In this document: piece by piece, positions 34,832 through 44,541 of the stretch | How positions within the stretch are numbered: the first letter of the stretch is position 1 | How the letters are laid out: each line of letters starts with the position of its first letter | Assembly: GCA_035285125.1 (NCBI GenBank) | Contig: JAYKHR010000011.1 | Coordinates: forward strand, 1 to 64,000 | Source of the DNA: Candidatus Sericytochromatia bacterium | GTDB taxonomy: Bacteria; Cyanobacteriota; Sericytochromatia; S15B-MN24; JAQBPE01 | Length of the DNA stretch: 64,000 nt | Direction of reading: 5' to 3' | Made by a program: the position numbers and the translations under genes | The notes under the pieces: generated by a model | Told to the model about the DNA's origin: nothing | Seen by the model: only the letters and a program-made list of their open reading frames with translations | Databases searched by the model: none

Positions 34832-36772
34832 ATGTCCCAGCTCTCGTTGCTCGCCGGGCATGCCGGCGCGAACCCGCTCCTCGTCAACCTGAACGCCGAG
34901 CAGCGCGAGGCCGTCACCCGGCTCGACGGGCCCGTCCTCGTCGTGGCCGCGCCGGGCTCGGGCAAGACGACGGTGCTGACGAACCGCATCGCCTACATGC
35001 TCGAGCGGGGCGTCGCGCCCGAGGCCGTTATGGCCGTGACCTTCACGAAGAAGGCCGCGATGGAGATGGCCGAGCGCGTGGCGAAGGCCGTCGGCAGCAA
35101 GGCGCTGGCCGAGCGCCTGACGATCGGCACCTTCCACTCCATCTGCCTGCGCCTGCTCGACGGCCGCTACGAGCTGCTCGGCTACGCCCCGGGGCGTCCG
35201 CCCGCGCTCGTCACCCCGGCCGTGCAGCGCACCATCTTCGAGTTGCTCGCCCGCGAGCACACGATGACGGACATCAAGTGGGACCAGCTCGCGATGTTCA
35301 TCTCGCGGGCCAAGTGCATGCTCGTGGGCGCAGACGCCATCAAGCGCCACTCGTCCGATCCGGACGAGGTCCGCTATGCCCACCTCTACGGGGCCTACCA
35401 GCGGCGCCTCGTGCGGCAGAACCTGATGGATTTCGACGACCAGATCGGGCTCGCCGTGCGCCTGCTCGAGGAGCAACCGGCGTTCGCCCAGGAGGTTCGT
35501 GACCGCTTCACCCACCTGCTCGTGGACGAGTACCAGGACACCAACCGCGCCCAGTACGAGCTGCTGCGCCTGCTCGCCCAGCCGCGTAACAACTTGTTCG
35601 CCGTCGGCGACGACGCCCAGGGCATCTACGGCTTCCGCGCCGCGGACCTCAACAACATCCTGAACTTCCGCAAGGACTACGCCGGCACGACCCAGCTCTT
35701 CCTCGAGACCAACTACCGCTCCACGCCGCAGATCGTCACGCTCGCGAACCAGCTGATCGCCCACAACGCGGGCCGGATCGAGAAGACCATCAAGGCGGCC
35801 CGGGCGCCCCTGGCCGACAGCGTCCACATCGCCCAGTTCGCCGACAACTTCGGCGAGGCCGACGAGGTCGCCGAGCGCATCGCCAACCTGATCAAGGGCG
35901 GCGTGATCCCCGACGAGATCGCCATCTTGCTGCGCACCCATGCCCAGGGCATGCCGCTCCTCGACGCCCTGTCCCAGCGCGAGATCCCCTTCACGGTCAA
36001 GAAGAGCAGCAGCTTCTACGAGCAGGCGGAGGTGGCGGAGACGCTGGCTTACTTGCGCCTCTCGCTACGGGGTCGGCACCCGCTGGCGGATCTCGCCATC
36101 GAGAAGCTGCTCACCAAGCTGGGGCTGGCGCGGGAGGCCCTCGCGATGCTCAAGGTCGAGACCGAGCGCCAGGCGACGGACCTCATCTCGGTGTGCCACC
36201 AGGTGGACGAGATCCCCCTGCCGACCCTGGCCCAAAAGGGGCTCGTGAAGCACGTGCTTGCGATGATGCACGGCTGGCAGAAGTTCCAGGGCCCCGTCGC
36301 CGACCTCTACTACCAGATCATCTCCCAGACCCAGTACAAGACCAAGCTCGAGAAGGGCAAGGGCCAGGGGGACGCGCAGAAGCTCGACTGCCTCGCGGCC
36401 ATGCACGCGCAGATCAAGCGCTGGGAGCCCAAGAGCGTGCGGGACCTGTTCCAGCGCATCGAGTCCGCCACCCAGCCCCCAAAGGGCAACAAGCGCACGG
36501 GGGCCGTCCAGATCCTGACGATCCACGCGAGCAAGGGGCTGGAGTGGGATGCCGTCTTCGTGGTGGGCGTCGAGGAGGGCACCCTGCCTTACCAGACGGC
36601 GATCGACGACGGGGACCTCGCCGAGGAGCGGCGGCTCTGCTACGTCGCCATCACCCGGGCGCGCAAGCACCTGCACCTGAGCTACGGCCGCGAGCGGCAG
36701 CGCTTCGGCAGCGCCAAGGACGTCACCCCCTCGCGCTTCCTGAACGAGATGCAGGCGGCCGCTCCGGGTTGA
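34832..36772 (+). CDS. UvrD/PcrA/Rep-family ATP-dependent helicase
   Basis: AAPGSGKT, TFTKKAA, GTFHS, VDEYQD, VGDDAQGIYGFR, NYRS, TIHASKGLEW, EERRLCYVAITRA. Confidence 0.95.
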   Translation: MSQLSLLAGHAGANPLLVNLNAEQREAVTRLDGPVLVVAAPGSGKTTVLTNRIAYMLERGVAPEAVMAVTFTKKAAMEMAERVAKAVGSKALAERLTIGTFHSICLRLLDGRYELLGYAPGRPPALVTPAVQRTIFELLAREHTMTDIKWDQLAMFISRAKCMLVGADAIKRHSSDPDEVRYAHLYGAYQRRLVRQNLMDFDDQIGLAVRLLEEQPAFAQEVRDRFTHLLVDEYQDTNRAQYELLRLLAQPRNNLFAVGDDAQGIYGFRAADLNNILNFRKDYAGTTQLFLETNYRSTPQIVTLANQLIAHNAGRIEKTIKAARAPLADSVHIAQFADNFGEADEVAERIANLIKGGVIPDEIAILLRTHAQGMPLLDALSQREIPFTVKKSSSFYEQAEVAETLAYLRLSLRGRHPLADLAIEKLLTKLGLAREALAMLKVETERQATDLISVCHQVDEIPLPTLAQKGLVKHVLAMMHGWQKFQGPVADLYYQIISQTQYKTKLEKGKGQGDAQKLDCLAAMHAQIKRWEPKSVRDLFQRIESATQPPKGNKRTGAVQILTIHASKGLEWDAVFVVGVEEGTLPYQTAIDDGDLAEERRLCYVAITRARKHLHLSYGRERQRFGSAKDVTPSRFLNEMQAAAPG

Positions 36773-36859
36773 ATTCCGGTTAAATTACGCCTGATTAACG
36801 CAACCGGTCGGCGGCCTGCGGCGATACCTCCCTCAGCACCCCCGACGAGGAAATCGCCG

Positions 36860-37588
36860 ATGTCCAGCGCCCCCATCAACCCGACCCGCCCCGTCGCCGC
36901 CACGGCTGCCCCCGCTGGCATCGGCGAGCGGGCGAAGCGCATCGCGGGCCTGGCGGGCACGCGGATGACCCGCGACCAGTTCGTCAGCGAGGTGAAGGTG
37001 GGCATGGTGTTCTCGGCGCCGATGGAGGGCGTGTTCGAGAGCCAGAAGTTCCGCAAGGGCGAGATCAAGGCCAACGAGTATGTCGGGCGGGTCCTGGCGA
37101 ACACCCTCAGCACGGCGGCGTGGACGGCCGGCGGCGCCTTGGCCGGGGCGGCCCTCGCCCCCGTCGGCATGCCCCTGTTCGTGGCCGGTGCGGCTGGCTT
37201 CGCCTTCGGCATGGTCGCCAACGACCTGTGGGACCGCACCTTCGGCACCCAGATCGTGGAGGTGTTCAAGGAGAAGGTGACGGACGCCCAGGCCCGCCCC
37301 GCCGCCGAGGCGTTCGTGACCTACGTGGCGAACCCCCTCCACGACTGGGTCTGGAAGCCCGTCTCCGGCTTCGTCGGCCAGCACAAGGTGCTCAGCGGCG
37401 TGCTGCTGACGCTGGCCGCGCTCCGCTTCCCGTTCGCTGCCAAGGCCGTCGGCAAGGAGGTCGGCAAGATGGCCGTCGGTACGGCCGCCGCCCTCGGCGT
37501 CCAGCTCGCCGTGACCGACAGGGTGCTGGCCCCCGCCGCGCATCGCCAGGAGAGCCAGGCCCCGGCGCCCGCCGCGCAAGGTCGCTGA
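36860..37588 (+). CDS. hypothetical protein with glycine-zipper-like hydrophobic segments
   Basis: WTAGGALAGAALAPVG...AGAAGFAFG; GAGG RBS. Confidence 0.7.
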   Translation: MSSAPINPTRPVAATAAPAGIGERAKRIAGLAGTRMTRDQFVSEVKVGMVFSAPMEGVFESQKFRKGEIKANEYVGRVLANTLSTAAWTAGGALAGAALAPVGMPLFVAGAAGFAFGMVANDLWDRTFGTQIVEVFKEKVTDAQARPAAEAFVTYVANPLHDWVWKPVSGFVGQHKVLSGVLLTLAALRFPFAAKAVGKEVGKMAVGTAAALGVQLAVTDRVLAPAAHRQESQAPAPAAQGR

Positions 37589-37707
37589 GCCCCCGTCTGG
37601 CTTGGGTTCCGGTCCCTGCCGCGCATCCCCGCAGGGCCAACACCAGGCTTCGGCGCCGGGAATCCGGGTATAAGGCGGTTGCCCGTCCCCTGCCCGGAGC
37701 ACGCCAC

Positions 37708-38994
37708 ATGGCCCCCTGGCGCCCTCGTTGGCCTCTCGTCGCCGTCCTGGTGGGCGCCGTTGCGGTGGGCTGCACGGGCTCGCCCGCCGCGCCCCGCCCG
37801 GGCGCGAGCACCAAGCCCGGCACGCGGGCGAGCAAGGCTGCCGGCACCCCGGGGCCGGCCACCAGCGGTGGGGCCAGCAGCACGCCTGGGAAGCCTGCCG
37901 GCACGCCCGGGCCGATCGGGCCGACCGGAACGGCCTCGCCCCGCGGCACCCCCGGCCCCTCGGCTGGCCCGGTCGGCCCGGCGGCCTCGGCGACGCCGCG
38001 GCCCACCCCGACCCCAAGGCCCACGCCCACCCTTGGCCCGGACGGCGGCCGCACGCTGGCGGGCACGCTGGAGGTAGGCGTCGTGGACGGCCCCTGGGAC
38101 CTGGCGCGGTTTCAGGGGCCCGAAGGCCTCGCGGTGGGCGCTGACGGGGTGGTGTACGTCGCCGACACCGCCGCGGGCATGCTCCGCAAGGTCGACGCGA
38201 AGGGGGAGACGGCCCCCGTGGCCGGGGGCAGCGGCGTGGGCCTCAAGGACGGCATCGCCCTCTCGGGTGGGCCGAACACCGGAGGGGCCACCTTGCAAGG
38301 GCCCATCGGGCTGGCGGTGGCCCCGGATGGCGCGGTGCTGGTTGCCGACACGGGCAACCACGCGGTGCGGCGCGTCAAGGACGGCAAGGTGACGACGCTC
38401 GCGGGCACCGGGCAGCCCGGCTGGCTGGACGGCGAGGGCAAGCAGGCACAGCTGAGCGGCCCACAGGGCCTGGCCGTGGCGGCGGACGGCACGATCTACG
38501 TGGCGGACACGGGCAACCACCGGCTGCGCGTGATCAGCCCCGCCGGGATCGTCAGCACCCTCGCCGGCGCCAGCGAGGCCGCCCTCGTCGACGGGGAGGC
38601 CAGCGGGGCTGCGTTCAGCGAGCCCGTGGCGCTGGTGCTCGAGGCCTCTGGCTCCCTGCTCGTGCTGGACCGGGGCAACAAGGCCATCCGGCGCGTGACC
38701 CTCGGCGGACTGGTCTCGACCCTGGCGGGGGGCGTCCAGACCGTGCAGGTGGATGGGGTGGGCACGGCGGCTGGCTTTCGGTCGCCGAGCGCGTTCGCGC
38801 TGGAGCCCTCGGGCGCCTTGCTGGTGTCCGATCTGGTGCCCCCGGCCCTGCGCCGCGTGACGCCGGACGGCCAGGTCACCACGCTCAAGGCGGGGCCGGA
38901 GGCGATCGCGATCGCGGTGACGGGCAGCCGCTGCTACGTGATCCTCCTCAACGAGCCGCGGGTCCGCGTCTACGATCTTCCGCTGAAGCCCTGA
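37708..38994 (+). CDS. NHL-repeat lipoprotein
   Basis: AVGC lipobox, Pro/Thr linker and repeated GP.GLAV..DG..YVADTGNH. Confidence 0.88.
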   Translation: MAPWRPRWPLVAVLVGAVAVGCTGSPAAPRPGASTKPGTRASKAAGTPGPATSGGASSTPGKPAGTPGPIGPTGTASPRGTPGPSAGPVGPAASATPRPTPTPRPTPTLGPDGGRTLAGTLEVGVVDGPWDLARFQGPEGLAVGADGVVYVADTAAGMLRKVDAKGETAPVAGGSGVGLKDGIALSGGPNTGGATLQGPIGLAVAPDGAVLVADTGNHAVRRVKDGKVTTLAGTGQPGWLDGEGKQAQLSGPQGLAVAADGTIYVADTGNHRLRVISPAGIVSTLAGASEAALVDGEASGAAFSEPVALVLEASGSLLVLDRGNKAIRRVTLGGLVSTLAGGVQTVQVDGVGTAAGFRSPSAFALEPSGALLVSDLVPPALRRVTPDGQVTTLKAGPEAIAIAVTGSRCYVILLNEPRVRVYDLPLKP

Positions 38995-39213
38995 TCGGGG
39001 CCAGATCACGCCGATCGCAATAACGTAATCTTAACGAGGCTCGTGATCCGAGCTGGGTATGCTGAGCTAGGCCGCTTGAGAAGCGAGCATCACGAACCTT
39101 CGGGCCCGGGGGGCCAAGCAGGTACCCATCGGGCCGGGGCCGAGTCCGCACCGTCGCCCAGCGAGGTTGCCACCTGGTTCTAGGCGCAGCCGCAGGACAG
39201 TGGAGGGTTAAAA

Positions 39214-41208
39214 ATGAGCACGACACGCAGTCAGAAGAGTTGGCTTTCTCTGACGCTGGGCCTGGCAGTCCTCGCGGGCTGCTCGATGCCCTCCGGGACC
39301 ACCCCCTCTGAGGACAGCGGCAAGGCCGCTGGCCGGGGCAACGTGAACGTCGGCCCGGGCGGCGCCCCCGCCATCGGTCCGTCCGGAACGAATGGGGATG
39401 CAGCCGCCGCGGCGGACCCCGGCAATTCCAACGGCAAGCCGCTGGTGGCGCCCACGCTGAACGAGGACGGCCTCGCGGCCGTCGACACCGCCAAGGCGAT
39501 GCTGATCAAGGCCTCGCAGGGCGGCAAGTACGTCAGCGAGGATGGCACCCTGGTGGCGGAGATCCCGCCCGGGGCCCTGTCGCAGGACACCTACGTCCGC
39601 TTCGTGCGCCTCGACACCTCCAAGGAAAAGAACACCAACCAGTTCCTGGCCGGCATCCGCTTCCAGATGGATCTTGGCGATGCCCACGTCGTGCCCGGGC
39701 AGTCGCTGAAGGTGCGGGCCAAGGCCGATGATCGCCTCATCCCCGAGCTGCAGGCGATGTACGACGACTTCACGCACGACCGCTACAGCCTGGTGCTCGG
39801 CGAGAACAACCAGTGGATGGTGTCGATGCCCGTCGACGGCCCGCGCCTCGAGCGGATGGACATCTCCAAGCAGCCGGCCGACCCCTTCCTCACGGAGCGC
39901 CGCGGCGTGATGACGGAAGGCACGGCCCCGCTGCCCGCCGGCAAGGGTGGCAACTTCAAGAAGGACGCCCGCATCGAAGCCTTCTGCAACTACTGGCCGC
40001 CGCCGCCGCCGAAGCCTGAGCGCCTGATGGCGGTCGACGTCTCGTGGGAGTCGGATGACAAGTCGATCGACGGCAAGCCCGCCTACGACTCGAACCCCAC
40101 CTTCAACTCATACGTGCGGTTCGGCAACAAGAGCACGACCCAGGTGTCCAGCGTCAACGGCTACTGGTCGAAGGAGTTCGTGCCCGGCACGCCGGCCACC
40201 CCTGAAGAGTCCCACTGGGAGCAGGTCGTCAGCGCCACCATCGACGGCATGCGCACGGACCGCGGCACCCTGGTCAAGTACAACGCCACGGACTGGACCT
40301 GGACCCTGATGCAGAAGTACGACGACGAGCTCCTGTGGCCGCCGCCGGCGCCGTCGCCCACGCCCACGCCCACCGCCACCACTGGCGGCAACGGCAACGG
40401 CAACGGCAACAACAACAACGCGACGCTCTACAAGCTGGCCCAGGCGGGGTCTCTCTCGGCTCTGCAGGCTGACCTCAAGGGCAAGACCTTCGTGGCGCTG
40501 AACTCCGACAACAACATGATCGTCAAGATCATCGACGTGGCTGCCCAACCCGCGGTGGCCGACTCGTGGGTCGACAAGTGGAACCCCGGCTGGGTCGACC
40601 TGTCGACGAGCACCAACGAGACGGTGCGCACGGGTTACGCCTGGAACGGCTGGTGCCACTGCTCGTGGACGGTGGCGCGCGACAAGATCGTGCGGGACAC
40701 GGCGCCACAGCCGGTGGGCTCCGACGGCAAGGCCTACAACTACGCCCGAGAGACCTTCAACATCGGTGTGCAGGGCTACACCAACGGGCCCAACCCGACG
40801 CCTGGCAAGGCGCCTGGCGCGGGCATCGGGAACGCGCAGGCCAAGACGATCGGCTCTGGCAACAACAACATGAGCATCTTCGTCCCCCGCTACAGCCCGA
40901 TGTTCGGCGTCACCTTCAGCAGCCCGGACCTGGCGATGAACGGCGAGATCGAGATCACGGCCACGGTGGACGGTGCGGAACGCAGCTACACGTTCAAGGC
41001 CAACGGCACGAACTCGCAGAGCATCGCCTGGCGCGTCCTGATGCCGGATAACGCGGCCCACGCCTTCTCCCTGAAGGAAGTCCGCATGCGTGACCTCTCC
41101 CTCTTCGGCACGGCGCCATCGCTCGCGAAGGTGCAGAATCTCAGCATGCAGCGCAACGGCATCTACGATGGGTACGTCATCGACATGGTGCCCGCCGCGG
41201 CCAAGTAA
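39214..41208 (+). CDS. large surface lipoprotein with ZU5-like segment
   Basis: LAGC lipobox, GGKYVSEDGTLVAEIPPGAL, Pro and Asn/Gly tracts; GGAGG RBS. Confidence 0.75.
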   Translation: MSTTRSQKSWLSLTLGLAVLAGCSMPSGTTPSEDSGKAAGRGNVNVGPGGAPAIGPSGTNGDAAAAADPGNSNGKPLVAPTLNEDGLAAVDTAKAMLIKASQGGKYVSEDGTLVAEIPPGALSQDTYVRFVRLDTSKEKNTNQFLAGIRFQMDLGDAHVVPGQSLKVRAKADDRLIPELQAMYDDFTHDRYSLVLGENNQWMVSMPVDGPRLERMDISKQPADPFLTERRGVMTEGTAPLPAGKGGNFKKDARIEAFCNYWPPPPPKPERLMAVDVSWESDDKSIDGKPAYDSNPTFNSYVRFGNKSTTQVSSVNGYWSKEFVPGTPATPEESHWEQVVSATIDGMRTDRGTLVKYNATDWTWTLMQKYDDELLWPPPAPSPTPTPTATTGGNGNGNGNNNNATLYKLAQAGSLSALQADLKGKTFVALNSDNNMIVKIIDVAAQPAVADSWVDKWNPGWVDLSTSTNETVRTGYAWNGWCHCSWTVARDKIVRDTAPQPVGSDGKAYNYARETFNIGVQGYTNGPNPTPGKAPGAGIGNAQAKTIGSGNNNMSIFVPRYSPMFGVTFSSPDLAMNGEIEITATVDGAERSYTFKANGTNSQSIAWRVLMPDNAAHAFSLKEVRMRDLSLFGTAPSLAKVQNLSMQRNGIYDGYVIDMVPAAAK

Positions 41209-41224
41209 CGGCTCTCTCTCTGGC

Positions 41225-41254
41225 CTCGCCCCCGCTCCTCGGAGTGGGGGCGAG
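41225..41254 (+). terminator. hairpin after the large lipoprotein gene
   Basis: CTCGCCCCCGCTCC-TC-GGAGTGGGGGCGAG. Confidence 0.55.
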
Positions 41255-41338
41255 CCCGTTTGGGGAACCCGCGCGCCCGTTTCAGGCGATGGTACCGGGG
41301 AATATGGAAATCAGGATCCCACTTGGGGAGGAGCGCCC

Positions 41339-43240
41339 GTGCCCCGCCTCGTAGTCTCGTCACTGAGCCTGGCCTTGCTCGCCCTGGCCACAGGGTGTCA
41401 GCGCGCGCCCATGGTCGAGCCACCCCGACCAGAGGCGCCCGCACTCGGGACGGCTCGCCTCGAGCTGCGCTGGCCTGCCTGGGTCGGGCAGCGGACCCTG
41501 CTGGGCGTCAGGCCCACGGCCAAGGCCCGCATCACCATCCAGGGCAGCGGGATCGCCGAGCCCATCGTGCAGGACGTGCCGATCGCGATGGGCAGCACGC
41601 CGGCGGCGACCATCTTCCAGGTCCCGGTGGGCGTGCTGCGGCTCTTCACCCTGCGCTTCCTGACGGACGCGGGGACGGTGCTCGAGGGCCTCCACTACGG
41701 GGGCTACGCGGAGGTGCAGCCGGGCGTCGTGCGGCTCACGCTCAGCGACAGGTCCACCGTTTGCCATGACGTCTACCTCGACTGGCTCACCCGGTACGGC
41801 GCCGGGGCCGCCTCGCCGCTGAGCACCGAGGTGGTGGAGTCCGTCGTCAACGACACGCTCGACAACTTCCGCGTGCCCTCGCCCCGGCTGCTCGACGTCA
41901 GCGCCGTGGCGCTTGCCCTCAAGGACGCCACCACCAAGAACTTGCCGGTCCCGAAGGAAGAATGGGTGGCCCGGCCGGGCTTCGTGAGTGTCGGCTTCCT
42001 CGACTTCCCCAGCGGCACCCCCGTCGCCGTCAGCGTGAACGACGCGATCTCCGCGCCCGTGGTCTCCCTGCGCGGGGAGCCGGTGGTGCTCGGGCCCATC
42101 GCGCCGAGTGCCCAGGACTACACCCTGCGCCTCACACCGCTCGCGGGGAACCTCGGATCGGACCTGGCGCCTCAAGACGTCCCCTTCCGCGTCTCGCAAG
42201 AGGCCCTTACGCCGAAGATGCCGTCGATGTCCTTCTCGCGCTCGACGCCGGGGGACCCCCTCCCGGGCCGCCTCGGCGGCGGGATGTGCCTCGGGCTGGG
42301 GGGCACGGAGGACGGGTTGGTCATGCTCGGGGGGCTGGAGCAGCCCAACAGCGTGGCGCCGGGCATCACGGGGGAGGCCCGGGTCGGGAGGGCCACGGAG
42401 GCCTTGCGCTACACCCGGGCGGGCAAGTGGCAGCGCGCCAACCCCCTGCCTGCCACCTTCCCGTGGTTCGGCGCGGGGGTCGCGGCCGTCGGCAGCAAGG
42501 TCTACGTCTTCGGGGGGCAGGTGGCCGGCATGGGCATCGACCGCGTCCACGTCGTCGACACGGCCGGCACCACCGCCGCCACCCAGCTCGATGCCCCCCT
42601 CACCATCTCCCAGGACCGCTACCCCAAGGCCGCGACGGTGCTGCTCTCGGAGTGTGCAGCAGCGGCCTTGAACGGCCGGATCTTCGTCGCCGGGGGCTAC
42701 ACCCACCTGCCGAACCGCCCTGACATCGACCCGGAGCCCTTCACCGAGATGCTTTCCTTCGTGCCGGAGAGCGGCAGCTTCGAGCCCAACCCGCCCCCGG
42801 GCCTGCCGGAGGGCACCGAGCGCGCGAGCCCTGCCAGCGCCGTCCTGGGGTCCAACTGGTACCTGATCGGGGGCTGGAACGGCAACGGGCCCATGCGCCT
42901 CGTCCAACGGTTCGGGGGCACCGACTGGGAGGCGATGGCCCTCATGCCGACGGCGCGCGCCCACGCAACGGCCGTCGTCCATGACGGCAAGATCTGGGTG
43001 ATCGGCGGGGAGGAGCGCAACGACGTCCCGAGCCGCGCCGTGGAGGTTTATGACCCGGCCACGAACGCTTGGACCCTGCGCGCCCCCTTGCGCACGCCGC
43101 GGCTCAGGCCCGCCGCCGGCGTCGTGCGAGCCGCGGACGGCACGGCCCGTATCGTCGTGGCGGGAGGGCTCACGGGCACGCACGTCACGGACCTCGGGCT
43201 CCCCTTGCCAGCGAACGCCACCGAGGAGCTGAAGCCGTGA
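41339..43240 (+). CDS. kelch-repeat lipoprotein
   Basis: ATGC lipobox; kelch blades VYVFGG, IFVAGG, YLIGG, IWVIGG...VEVYDPATNAW. GTG start after GGAGG. Confidence 0.85.
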   Translation: MPRLVVSSLSLALLALATGCQRAPMVEPPRPEAPALGTARLELRWPAWVGQRTLLGVRPTAKARITIQGSGIAEPIVQDVPIAMGSTPAATIFQVPVGVLRLFTLRFLTDAGTVLEGLHYGGYAEVQPGVVRLTLSDRSTVCHDVYLDWLTRYGAGAASPLSTEVVESVVNDTLDNFRVPSPRLLDVSAVALALKDATTKNLPVPKEEWVARPGFVSVGFLDFPSGTPVAVSVNDAISAPVVSLRGEPVVLGPIAPSAQDYTLRLTPLAGNLGSDLAPQDVPFRVSQEALTPKMPSMSFSRSTPGDPLPGRLGGGMCLGLGGTEDGLVMLGGLEQPNSVAPGITGEARVGRATEALRYTRAGKWQRANPLPATFPWFGAGVAAVGSKVYVFGGQVAGMGIDRVHVVDTAGTTAATQLDAPLTISQDRYPKAATVLLSECAAAALNGRIFVAGGYTHLPNRPDIDPEPFTEMLSFVPESGSFEPNPPPGLPEGTERASPASAVLGSNWYLIGGWNGNGPMRLVQRFGGTDWEAMALMPTARAHATAVVHDGKIWVIGGEERNDVPSRAVEVYDPATNAWTLRAPLRTPRLRPAAGVVRAADGTARIVVAGGLTGTHVTDLGLPLPANATEELKP

Positions 43241-44541
43241 GCCGCCGCGTGTTCCCTTTCGTGCTCGCCCTGGCGGCCATCAGCGGCTGCTTCGGCCCGT
43301 CCCAGCCGCCTCCCGAAGAGGACACCGGCGTGGTGCGGCGGCGGGGGAACACCACGGCCAAGGGCGTCAGCCCGTCCCCGGCGCCGAAGCGTTCCGGGGC
43401 CAGTGGCACCGAGTACCTGACGGGGAACCCGGCCCTGGAGACGGGCCCGGGCGGTGGTGCCACCGCCTCGGGCACCGTGGCGACCGACCCCAACGTGTCT
43501 CCGCCCCCACCCCCCACGGGCAGCCCATTCCCGAGCGTGGAGCCCTCCACCGGCTTGCAGATCGCCTTCGAGGAGCGGACGGGCAGCTGGGGCATCCGGC
43601 CCTACCTCAACCGGCCGCGCGCCGGGCACGTGGCCGGCGCCTTCAAGGACCGCCTCATGGTCGTTGAGGGCGATCACCGGCCCTCCCTCGAGACCCTGGC
43701 TGCGGGCGCGGATCGCTGGGGCCTCGACGACACCTACGACGCCCAGTTCGGCCTGAGGGGCGAGGGCCAGACGCTCGGGCAGGGCCTCAGCCTGGGGGTC
43801 GGGGCGATGGCTTACGAGGACACGGAGCTCTGGCTGGCCGGTGGCCTGGCCGGCGTCCAGAACGCCGACGGCACGCAAGGGGCCGCGGCGCTGCACCTCT
43901 ACCGCGTGGCCGAGGGCTACGCCAGCGCCCGCAAGGACGAGAGCGCGCGCACGATGGGCACCGGCCGTCACGCCGCTGCAGGCGGGCTGGTGGAGGGGGC
44001 CTTTGTCCTTGCCGGGGGCATCGCCAAGCCCGGGGAGATCGTCCAGCGCGTGGAGTTGGTGGCGATCGGCGGCCGAGCCAAGACCGAGAACGGCCCGGCG
44101 ATGCCCGTGCCCGTGGCAGGCGCCGCCTCCACCGTCGCCGTGGGGCGGCTCTACGTGATCGGGGGCTACACCTTCACGGGGGGCAGGCCTGCGCCCGTCG
44201 ACCAGGTGCAGGTCTATGACGGCAAGTCCAAGACCTGGCTGGCCGCCGGGGCGACGGGCACCCTGCCCGCGCTGCCCGTCAAGCTGCACGGGGCCGCCGC
44301 GGCCTTCGTGCCGGAGGTCAGCACCATCTACGTGGCCGGCGGGTTCGACGCGACGGGCAAGCCGCTCGACACGGTCTACGCCTTCTCGCTGACGGCCGGC
44401 GACCGATGGAACACGATGCGGCCCATGCCGACGGCCCGCGGGCTGCTGTCGCTCACGGCCTTCAACGGGGCGCTCTGGGCCATCGGGGGCGTCGGGCAGG
44501 GGCGCAAGGCGCTGCAGACCGTGGAGGCCTATCAGCCATGA
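43237..44541 (+). CDS. kelch-repeat lipoprotein
   Basis: ISGC lipobox; LWLAGG, LYVIGG, IYVAGG, LWAIGG. GTGA overlap with the upstream gene. Confidence 0.85.
   Translation: MSRRVFPFVLALAAISGCFGPSQPPPEEDTGVVRRRGNTTAKGVSPSPAPKRSGASGTEYLTGNPALETGPGGGATASGTVATDPNVSPPPPPTGSPFPSVEPSTGLQIAFEERTGSWGIRPYLNRPRAGHVAGAFKDRLMVVEGDHRPSLETLAAGADRWGLDDTYDAQFGLRGEGQTLGQGLSLGVGAMAYEDTELWLAGGLAGVQNADGTQGAAALHLYRVAEGYASARKDESARTMGTGRHAAAGGLVEGAFVLAGGIAKPGEIVQRVELVAIGGRAKTENGPAMPVPVAGAASTVAVGRLYVIGGYTFTGGRPAPVDQVQVYDGKSKTWLAAGATGTLPALPVKLHGAAAAFVPEVSTIYVAGGFDATGKPLDTVYAFSLTAGDRWNTMRPMPTARGLLSLTAFNGALWAIGGVGQGRKALQTVEAYQP

Noticed and set aside
40388..40420. (GGCAAC)n/(AAC)n microsatellite as a phase-variation switch
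   Set aside because: The unit lengths are multiples of three, so slippage would not shift the frame. It encodes a Gly/Asn linker.
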